This document shows, in pieces, positions 47,969-58,402 of a stretch of 64,000 bases of DNA. The position numbers were made by a program, and so were the translations under genes. This DNA is from Vulcanimicrobiota bacterium (GTDB lineage: Bacteria; Vulcanimicrobiota; Xenobia; Xenobiales; JADMJV01). The notes beneath the pieces are model-generated. The model saw only the letters and a program-made list of their open reading frames with translations. It made no database searches and had not been told where the DNA came from. The stretch is taken from positions 3,680,149 through 3,744,148 of the forward strand of contig JBFWNU010000001.1 of assembly GCA_050250895.1 (NCBI GenBank). Reading direction: 5' to 3'. Numbering within the stretch: the first letter of the stretch is position 1; each line of letters opens with the position of its first letter.

Positions 47969-49468
47969 ATGCAACAAGAACTTGTGCTCGATGAGCGCAG
48001 CCTGACCCTCGACGATCTGGCCGCCGTGGCCGCTAGCGAAGTCCAGGTCAGCCTGGGTGAATACCGGCGCCACCGGCTGGAAGAATCTCGCCAGAATCTG
48101 CTCGACCTGCTGGCCCAGGGAGTGCCCATCTACGGCACTTCCACCGGGGTGGGCGGCCTCTCCGAGGTGCGGCTGGCCCCCGAGGACTATCCCCGACTAT
48201 CGCGCAACATTATCCTCAGCCACGCCTGTGGCGTGGGCGAACCCCTCTCGGTCGAGGTGGTGCGGGCCATCCTGTTTGCGGCCGCGGTCAACCTGAGCCT
48301 CGGCTTCTCGGGGGTCAGGGTGGTGCTGGTCGAGCGCCTGCTCGAGTTTCTCAACCGGGGTCTGGCCCCGGTCATGCCGGCTCAGGGGTCGATCGGGTCT
48401 TTGACCCACATGGCCAGCACCGGTCTGGTGCTGATGGGAGAGGGCAAGGCCGACTACCGCGGGGCCCTCTTTTCCGGCGGTGAAGCCCTGGCCATGGCCG
48501 GTCTGGTGCCCCTCGAGCTAGCCGAGGGCGAAGGCCTCAGCCTGATCTCGGGCACCCCCTCCATCGTGGGGATCGGCGGGTTGGCAGTGGGGCGGGCCCT
48601 GCAGGTGGCCCGGCTGGCCGACCTGGCCGCCGCCTGTTCTTTCGAGGCCTTGCGCGGTAATCCATCGGCTTTCGACGAGCGGGTCCACGCCGTGCGACCG
48701 CACCCGGGCCAGGTGAAAGTGGCTCGCAATCTTCGCCAACTGACGGCCGGCAGTGCCCTGCTCGATACGGCCCGTCTGCAAGATTGTCTGAGCCTGCGAA
48801 CCACCCCCCAGGTTCACGGCAGCTCGCGCCAGACCATCGAGCGGGCAGCTCAGACCTTCAACATCGAACTCAACTCGGCCACCGACAACCCTCTGATCTT
48901 TCCGGGCCGGGCCCTGTCCGCCTGCAATGCTCACGGCGAGCCGATGGCCCAATGCCTGGACGGCGTTACGGCGGCTCTGTCTGAGCTGGGTAACATCTCG
49001 GAGCGGCGCATCGACCGCATGCTCAACTATCACGTCAGCGGTATGCCGCCATTTCTGGTGACCCAGAGCGGACTCAACTCGGGCCTGATGATGCCCCAGT
49101 ACGTGGCCGCCTACCTGGTGGCCGAGAACAAGATCCTGTCGCACCCTGTCTCGGTCGACTCGATCCCCATGTCGGCCTTTCAAGAAGACCACGTCAACAT
49201 GGGCACGATGTCGGCCCTGATGGCTTTGCGGGTGGTGATCAACGTCGAGAAGATTTTCGCCATCGAACTGCTCACCGCTGCCCAGGGCCTGCGCTTTCGC
49301 GTCCCGCTAGCACCCGGCGTGGCGGCCGCCCTGGCCAGCCAAAAGGTTTGGGAGACGGTGCCTCCGGTGGACGAGGACCGCGCGCTGGGTGAGGAGATCG
49401 AAAGACTGGCCAGCGTGCTCAGTCAGCGCCGCTGGCTAGATGAAGTCGAAGCGGCCTGCGGAATTTAG
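47969..49468 (+). CDS. Histidine ammonia-lyase family protein lacking the MIO-forming ASG
   Basis: IYGTSTG, SHACGVG, SLRTTPQVHG, NSATDNP, QEDHVNMG; GSIGSLTHM replaces GSVGASGDLAPL. Confidence 0.88.
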   Translation: MQQELVLDERSLTLDDLAAVAASEVQVSLGEYRRHRLEESRQNLLDLLAQGVPIYGTSTGVGGLSEVRLAPEDYPRLSRNIILSHACGVGEPLSVEVVRAILFAAAVNLSLGFSGVRVVLVERLLEFLNRGLAPVMPAQGSIGSLTHMASTGLVLMGEGKADYRGALFSGGEALAMAGLVPLELAEGEGLSLISGTPSIVGIGGLAVGRALQVARLADLAAACSFEALRGNPSAFDERVHAVRPHPGQVKVARNLRQLTAGSALLDTARLQDCLSLRTTPQVHGSSRQTIERAAQTFNIELNSATDNPLIFPGRALSACNAHGEPMAQCLDGVTAALSELGNISERRIDRMLNYHVSGMPPFLVTQSGLNSGLMMPQYVAAYLVAENKILSHPVSVDSIPMSAFQEDHVNMGTMSALMALRVVINVEKIFAIELLTAAQGLRFRVPLAPGVAAALASQKVWETVPPVDEDRALGEEIERLASVLSQRRWLDEVEAACGI

Positions 49469-49497
49469 CCGCCGTGGCCGGCAGGGGGAGCGCTCCT

Positions 49498-49992
49498 CTA
49501 CTTTTTGGGTTTGCGGGAAGGTCGGGTCTGGTTGGGGCGCTCGGGCTTCTTGATTTTGATGACCCGCGATACGGGGCGACCGTTGACGAGCCAGTTGCCG
49601 TAGCCGGGCGTTCCCAGCATGAACTCGACCTGATTTTCGGGCTGGGTCAATTCGTCTTCTTTGAGGTAGAAATCTGGACCGTAGAGACGGTTCTTCTTGC
49701 GCCCGTTGATATAGAGATGGACGAATCCGAAGGCCTGGCGCCGACCCTCGAGAACGTCGAAGGGCGTGCCGATCGTGTTGGAGTCGAAATCGAAGTGGCG
49801 AACCTTCAGGTGGACGTTGATGCCGATCCTGGGATCGGGCACGGCCGAGGCAGAAATTTCGGGCCGGCTCCACTGGGAGGGAAGTTCAATATCCCGTTTG
49901 CCCTCGGCGCTCGCTGGCTGAGCCGCGACGGGGGCACCTGCCACCAGGAACAGGCAAGTCAGCAGAAGCGCCAGCACCAAACGATCAAGCAT
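49498..49992 (-). CDS. Exported hypothetical protein
   Basis: Signal peptide; HLYING.K..RLYG motif. Confidence 0.6.
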   Translation of the reverse strand: MLDRLVLALLLTCLFLVAGAPVAAQPASAEGKRDIELPSQWSRPEISASAVPDPRIGINVHLKVRHFDFDSNTIGTPFDVLEGRRQAFGFVHLYINGRKKNRLYGPDFYLKEDELTQPENQVEFMLGTPGYGNWLVNGRPVSRVIKIKKPERPNQTRPSRKPKK

Positions 49993-51484
49993 GGGGAGGG
50001 CCTTCGCTGAAGCCGGTCGGGCTCGGCCCCGCGGGGTCAAGACCCAAACGGCTATGGTTTATCCCATAGGCGAAGTAGACCACGATACCGATGGCCAGCC
50101 AGGCGAAGAAGCGGATCCAGGTCAAGGTCGGTAGGCCGAGCATCAGGTAGAAGCAAGAAATGCAGCCCAGGATGGGCACCAGAGGCACCATGGGGGTGCG
50201 GAACGGCCGTTCCGCGTCGGGTTTGGTGCGCCGCAGGATGATGACTCCGATGCACACCAGCACGAAGGCGAAGAGCGTGCCGATGTTGGTCAACTCGATC
50301 ACCACCGAGATGTCAAGAAATCCGGAGGCGATGGCCACCACCACTCCGGTGGCGATGGTGGTCACGTAGGGGGTGCGGTAGACGGGGTGCACTTTGGCGA
50401 AAAACTCGGGCAGCAGGCCGTCGCGCGACATCGAGAAGAAGATGCGGGGCTGGCCGAGCTGGAAGACCAGCAACACGGCGGTCATCGCGATGACCGCGCC
50501 GGCCGCGATCACGCCCGAGGCCCAGTGCAGACCCAGATTCTCGAAGGCGGTAGCCATCGGCTCGGCAGTGCCCAGGGTGGTGTAATTCGCTACGCCGCAG
50601 AGCACGCCCGCGACAATCACGTACAGGACGGTACAGATAATCAGCGAGCCGATAATGCCGATCGGCAAGTTGCGACCGGGGTCTTCGGTTTCTTCGGCCA
50701 CCGTCGATACGGCGTCAAAGCCGATGTAAGAGAAGAAGATGAGGGCTGCGGCTACCTGGATGCCCTTCCAGCCATTGGGAGCGAAGGGAACGTAGTTTTC
50801 GGGTTTGATGTAGAAAATGCCGACGCCGATGAAGAAGAGGATAATCACCAGCTTGAGCACCACCATGATGTTGTTGGTGGTGGTCGACTCGCGCACACCC
50901 CGCACCAGCAGCCAGGTCAAAAGGGCCACGATGGCCATGGCCGGAAAGTTGAAGACGATGGGGGCACCGAACAGGTGGGGGGCAGAGGCCGCAATCTCGG
51001 GGGTGATGTCGGCACGGGCCGTGCTCATCCAATCGGGTATGTGTATCCCCAATCCTGCTAGGAGCGCTTTGAAGTAGCCGGCCCACGACACGGCCACTGC
51101 CACGTTACCCACCGCATACTCGAGGATGAGGTCCCAACCGATAATCCAGGCGACCAGTTCCCCCATGGTGGCGTAGGCATAGGTGTAAGCGCTTCCGGCG
51201 ATGGGGATCATCGAGGCAAACTCGGCGTAGCAGAGGGCGCAGAAACCGCAGGTGATGGCCACCAGGATGAACGAGACGACCAGGGCCGGACCCGCCCCGG
51301 GCCGGTCCGCTGTTCCGCAAGCAGCCGTTCCGGTGGTGGCGAAGATGCCGGCTCCGATAATGGCGCCGATGCCCAACAGCACCAGGTCTTTGGCTTTCAA
51401 GACACGGGGCAGTCCGCCCTCGTTGTGTTCACCGGCCTCGGATAGGATGCGGTCGAGGGTTTTGACTTGGAATGCCTGGCTCAC
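49985..51484 (-). CDS. APC family amino acid permease
   Basis: GIGAIIGAGIF, GSAYTYAY, YIGFDAVST, about 12 TMs. Confidence 0.93.
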   Translation of the reverse strand: MSQAFQVKTLDRILSEAGEHNEGGLPRVLKAKDLVLLGIGAIIGAGIFATTGTAACGTADRPGAGPALVVSFILVAITCGFCALCYAEFASMIPIAGSAYTYAYATMGELVAWIIGWDLILEYAVGNVAVAVSWAGYFKALLAGLGIHIPDWMSTARADITPEIAASAPHLFGAPIVFNFPAMAIVALLTWLLVRGVRESTTTNNIMVVLKLVIILFFIGVGIFYIKPENYVPFAPNGWKGIQVAAALIFFSYIGFDAVSTVAEETEDPGRNLPIGIIGSLIICTVLYVIVAGVLCGVANYTTLGTAEPMATAFENLGLHWASGVIAAGAVIAMTAVLLVFQLGQPRIFFSMSRDGLLPEFFAKVHPVYRTPYVTTIATGVVVAIASGFLDISVVIELTNIGTLFAFVLVCIGVIILRRTKPDAERPFRTPMVPLVPILGCISCFYLMLGLPTLTWIRFFAWLAIGIVVYFAYGINHSRLGLDPAGPSPTGFSEGPPHA

Positions 51485-51540
51485 TGTTCCTCCCCGTGAT
51501 TCGAGTTCGCCTCTTTACCAGGTGAACAGGTCGCTTTCCT

Positions 51541-51930
51541 TTAGAGGGGGCCAGGCAGATTGGTGCGCAGCTGAATGGTGGTGCGAGGACCGGTGCCCAC
51601 CCTGACATGGGTCGAAGGTTGGCTGGGCGAGGGCGTCTCTTTGGGAAAGAGCAACCACCAGGTCACGCCGTCGCCGGTCCACTCCATGGTTTGAGGACCG
51701 CCGGGCAATCGTTGGGCATAGAACTCGCGAACCTGAGCGGGCGAGTCGTCGGTCACCAGCACGGCGATGGCCAACCGGCCGTTCTTCACCAGCTGGCTCA
51801 CCTCGGCCCCGGGGTAGAACTCCAACGGGAAGTCGGTTTTTTGGGCCGGCTGGACGGTCGGGGTTTCGACCTTCTCGGTGGGGGCGCAAGCGACCAGGAA
51901 AAGGGCCAAAAAGGCTGCCAGGAGTCTCAC
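51541..51930 (-). CDS. Hypothetical lipoprotein
   Basis: LVAC lipobox; FPLEFYPGA...FY motif. Confidence 0.65.
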   Translation of the reverse strand: MRLLAAFLALFLVACAPTEKVETPTVQPAQKTDFPLEFYPGAEVSQLVKNGRLAIAVLVTDDSPAQVREFYAQRLPGGPQTMEWTGDGVTWWLLFPKETPSPSQPSTHVRVGTGPRTTIQLRTNLPGPL

Positions 51931-51965
51931 GGGGCCGCCCTTCTCGGGTTGGGGCTAGCAAACCT

Positions 51966-51982
51966 GTAACAAGATGCTAACA
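51966..51982 (+). promoter_or_regulatory. Direct-repeat box GTAACA-N5-CTAACA
   Basis: 43 bp upstream of TAAAAT (52026-52031). Confidence 0.5.
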
Positions 51983-52066
51983 CCGCTCCGAACCTTTTCC
52001 AAAAAGGCACCAAAGGAAGGGCTCCTAAAATCGACTTTGGGATCTTTTGGAATTTCCTCGAGGGGT

Positions 52067-52083
52067 TTTACAATCTGTTAACA
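52067..52083 (+). promoter_or_regulatory. Direct-repeat box TTTACA-N5-TTAACA
   Basis: 41 bp upstream of TATCCT (52125-52130). Confidence 0.6.
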
Positions 52084-52136
52084 TCTGGGGGGCGGTGCGG
52101 AATCCCCCCGGAACCCGGGCGACGTATCCTTAGCAT

Positions 52137-54362
52137 GTGATGAACGCCCTGATAACCCGCCAGGCCCCGACCAAGGTAGTCTTCCAGCCGATGCCGGAAG
52201 CTCCCCAGGCCGAAGAAACCCAGGCCCAACAGAAGGCCGAACAAGCAGCCCCCCAACAGGAGGCTCGCCAAACCCCGGTTCGGACTCAACTCACGGCGCT
52301 CAATCAGCTCAAAGCCGGTTGGGAACTCTGGACCCGGCAGCAGCCCGATAGCCTGCCCCAAGAAACTCGCCCCGACCAGCAAACCACCAAACAGACCACC
52401 GGCAAGAACAAGCCGACCGCCCAACAGAGCCAGGCCGCCGTTTCTCAGGGCGCCGTCTCCAAGACCAAGAACTCCGAGAGCAAGAAGACCCAGGAAACCG
52501 GCTCGGCCGACGCTCAAGAAGTCGAAGAGAAGAAGAACAACTGGTTCAACCGAGCCGTTGGTCGCGTCAAAGCCCGCAGCCAGCGCACCGGCCAGCGTGG
52601 CCTCAACGAGACCCAGCTCGGTCGCACCCTCCAGGCCGGCCCGATGTCGGTGGCCGACCCGCTGCGCCTCGAAGAGATGCTGTGCGTGCGCTCGCCCGAA
52701 CTGGCCCAGCGCCTGTCGGTCTCCGAGGCCAAGGCTCTGCTGCGTCCCGAGTGGAACAGCTGGGGCGCCGCTCTCTATCTGGGCCAGGGCCTTCCCCTCA
52801 GCGCCCGTGGCCGCGCTCAGCGCCAGCGCCTGAGCCTGCTCAGCGCCGAAGAACAAGCCATCTCGCGCCTGTGGGCCATGCAGATCGGCACCAGCGGCCA
52901 ACAGAACGGCGCCGTTCTGCTGCGCGCCGCCAAGAGCCCTGAACTCTTTACCCCTCACGAACAGAAGATCGCCGCCCTGCTTCAGGCCGACGATGTCAAG
53001 CGCTATGGAGCCACCAACGGCCGAGCCCTCGACCGCGCCTTCGCCAGCGTGCTCGAGCGTCTGACCGGCTGCATCTTCGACGAATATATCGACCAGGCTC
53101 CCACCTACTACGCGATGGCTCCCCTGCCGACCGACGGCAAAGCCAAGAACCTCAACGCTTTCCATCACGGCCTGCTGCGTCTCATCGCGGGCGCCCCGCT
53201 GATGAACCTGGGCCTGATCGAAGACCAGCCCACCGCTGACCCCTTCACCAAGCACGACGGCCTTTCGGGTCGTCTGACCCGCAAAGAGATGCTGACCTTG
53301 CTCTGTGGCGACCTCACCGACGCCGTCGACGAGTTGCTGAGCATCGTCTATCTCGACCACCGCCCCGCGGCCGCCAACCGCGTGCCGCTGGCCGTGGAAA
53401 AGCTTCGCCCGGTGGGCACCGACTTCCCCACCACCGGCAACCCCCACCGCTACACCCGCGCCGTGGCCGCCACCGGCGAAGACCTCTCGCTGCTCGACGA
53501 AGAGCTGGCCAGCCTGGCCCGCATCTCGGGCTTCTCGGCTCAGGCCAACCACCTCGAAGGCCGCTTCGAGTATGGCCTGTCGATGCGCCGCCCGGCCGAC
53601 ATGAGCGAATTCACCCGCTTTCAGCAGGGTGAAGAGCTGGCTGCCTGGGCCTCGACTCGGATGCGCGCCTATGAATTCACCGCCTACGTGGCCGGCTGTG
53701 AAGAGGACCTGGCTCGGGCCACCGAAGTCTTCGGCTATCTGGCCCCTGATGCCCGCCTGCTGGTTCAGACCGTGGCCCTTTACGCCAGCGAGCACGGCCC
53801 CGGCGCCGGCGGCTTCCGCCTCGAAGAACTACGCCTGCTGCTGCTGCAGAAGGGCCTCGACGAGCTGGCCGACGAGTTCGGCGTCGGCTCGCAGCTCGTG
53901 CCCACCATCGGCGCCATCGCCGCCGCCATGGACCGCGCCGCCGTGACCATCTCGGATGTGGTCACCAGCAAAGGCCTGCTCGACCTCGACCGCTTCTTCT
54001 ATGGAATGGCCATCGTGCTCGGTGGCGACTTCAATCAGCAGCTGGCCCTGCACGACGCCGCCGCCGACAGCTCGGTGACCCCGCTGTGGCTGCAGCTCGA
54101 CCAGGATGGCGATGGCAAGATTGCCGGTGCCGAGCTGGCCGCGGCGATGTCGACCCTGCACGACGTGCTCAACCTGGGCCACGTGGGCGCCACTCCCAGC
54201 GCCGAAGCTCCGGCCGTGGTTCGTCACATCTACGCCCGCTACGACCGGCTGGGAATGGGAATGTCCTCCGACCAGCTGCTGCGGATGACCTGGGACTTCT
54301 TCTCTCTGGTCGATGCGATGATTCACCAGTTCCCCGAGCAAAAGCGCGCTCTTGCATCGTAG
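52137..54362 (+). CDS. Large hypothetical protein, Gln/Thr/Lys-rich N-terminus, C-terminal EF-hand
   Basis: Strong GC3 codon bias on + strand; LDQDGDGKIAGAE EF-hand loop. Confidence 0.75.
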   Translation: MMNALITRQAPTKVVFQPMPEAPQAEETQAQQKAEQAAPQQEARQTPVRTQLTALNQLKAGWELWTRQQPDSLPQETRPDQQTTKQTTGKNKPTAQQSQAAVSQGAVSKTKNSESKKTQETGSADAQEVEEKKNNWFNRAVGRVKARSQRTGQRGLNETQLGRTLQAGPMSVADPLRLEEMLCVRSPELAQRLSVSEAKALLRPEWNSWGAALYLGQGLPLSARGRAQRQRLSLLSAEEQAISRLWAMQIGTSGQQNGAVLLRAAKSPELFTPHEQKIAALLQADDVKRYGATNGRALDRAFASVLERLTGCIFDEYIDQAPTYYAMAPLPTDGKAKNLNAFHHGLLRLIAGAPLMNLGLIEDQPTADPFTKHDGLSGRLTRKEMLTLLCGDLTDAVDELLSIVYLDHRPAAANRVPLAVEKLRPVGTDFPTTGNPHRYTRAVAATGEDLSLLDEELASLARISGFSAQANHLEGRFEYGLSMRRPADMSEFTRFQQGEELAAWASTRMRAYEFTAYVAGCEEDLARATEVFGYLAPDARLLVQTVALYASEHGPGAGGFRLEELRLLLLQKGLDELADEFGVGSQLVPTIGAIAAAMDRAAVTISDVVTSKGLLDLDRFFYGMAIVLGGDFNQQLALHDAAADSSVTPLWLQLDQDGDGKIAGAELAAAMSTLHDVLNLGHVGATPSAEAPAVVRHIYARYDRLGMGMSSDQLLRMTWDFFSLVDAMIHQFPEQKRALAS

Positions 54363-54395
54363 GGGTGGCCCGGTGATACGCTGAAGGAACCCCTG

Positions 54396-56795
<2,400 letters not shown>

Positions 56796-58400
56796 CCGGG
56801 CGTCGGCTTCGCCGCCGAGCAAGGAGCGCCGGCTTTGCCGTCGAGGAAGGAGCCGCTTTGCGGAGAGGGGAGCGGAGCAGAGCTCCGAGAGGGGAGCGAG
56901 TTGAGCTGTCGCTCAACTCGAGGTTCTGAGGGCACTCGACGCTGCGCGTCGTAAACCTTGGGCGGCTTCGCCGCCGCTCGGCTAGGCACAAGCGCCGGGC
57001 TAGAGCTCGACTTCCACGTGGAAGTGGCCGCCGGGCGGGCGAGCGTTCTGCCCAGGGCCGCGGCGCGCCCGGCTAGGCCGGGCCGCCCCGCGGGCGAGGC
57101 CGGGTGGGGGTGAGGGTCGTGCGCCGCACACTGGCGAGATCGGACTGTGCGGCGCATAATCGCCGGCTAATAGCGACAGGTGTTCGATCCAGGCCGCCGC
57201 GGCCAAGCTCAGAAAAACTCGACTGGGCGACTTCCGCACGGAAGACGTCGCGGCTAGGGGCGGCGACCTCGCCCTGGTCACTTCCGCCGCGGAAGACGGC
57301 CGGGTTGGGCCCGCCCCGGCAGGGCCCGACGAGTCGGCTTGCGACTTCCAGGTGGAAGACCGCCAAGCTCGGCAGCATCTCTCGGGCCGCCGCAACTCGC
57401 CGGGGCGACTTACGCACGGAAGACTGCCTCGTCGCACACTGGCCAGATCGGACGTGCGGCGCACAACTCCAGGAAGGTAGCGAGCAAGGAGCGCCGGCTT
57501 CGCCGTGCGAGGAAGGAGCGGAGCAGAGCTCCGAGAGGGGAGCGAGTTGAGCTGTCGCTCAACTCGAGGTTTTTGAGAAAGTCGACGCTGCGCGTCGTAA
57601 GTCTTTTCGCGGCTTCGCCGCCGCTCGGCTAGGCACAAGCGCCGGGCTAGAGCTCGACTTCCACGTGGAAGTGGCCGCCGGGCGGGCGAGCGTTCTGCCC
57701 AGGGCCGCGGCGCGCCCGGCTAGGCCGGGCCGCCCCGCGGGCGAGGCCGGGTGGGGGTGAGGGTCGTGCGCCGCACACTGGCGAGATCGGACTGTGCGGC
57801 GCATAATCGCCGGCTAATAGCGACAGGTGTTCGATCCAGGCCGCCGCGGCCAAGCTCAGAAAAACTCGACTGGGCGACTTCCGCACGGAAGACGTCGCGG
57901 CTAGGGGCGGCGACCTCGCCCTGGTCACTTCCGCCGCGGAAGACGGCCGGGTTGGGCCCGCCCCGGCAGGGCCCGACGAGTCGGCTTGCGACTTCCAGGT
58001 GGAAGACCGCCAAGCTCGGCAGCATCTCTCGGGCCGCCGCAACTCGCCGGGGCGACTTACGCACGGAAGACTGCCTCGTCGCACACTGGCCAGATCGGAC
58101 GTGCGGCGCACAACTCCAGGAAGGTAGCGAGCAAGGAGCGCCGGCTTCGCCGTGCGAGAGGGGAGCGAGTTGAGCTGTCGCTCAACTCGAGGTTCTGAGG
58201 GTACTCGACGCTTCGCGTCGTAAACTTTAGGCGGCTTCGCCGCCGCGGCGCGCCGGGCTAGGTCCAGGCCGCCGGGCGGGGGTCGTGCGCCGCACACGGG
58301 TTAGATCGGATTGTGCGGCGCACAACTGCCGGAGGATAGCGAGCAAGTGTTCGGTCTGGACCGGCGAGGCGGCCGCTGTGACGCGCCGGGCCCGGGCCAG
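56796..58400. repeat. Non-coding composite palindrome cassette with a 647-bp tandem duplication
   Basis: 56962-57510 almost identical to 57609-58157; GAGTTGAGCTGTCGCTCAACTC hairpin occurs three times; many other hairpins. Confidence 0.9.
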
Positions 58401-58402
58401 GA

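Noticed and set aside
47969-49468. Calling this gene hutH
   Set aside because: The MIO-forming ASG is missing and no hut pathway genes are nearby
52068-53795. 575-aa minus-strand ORF
   Set aside because: Antisense shadow of the 741-aa + strand gene, typical of high-GC3 DNA
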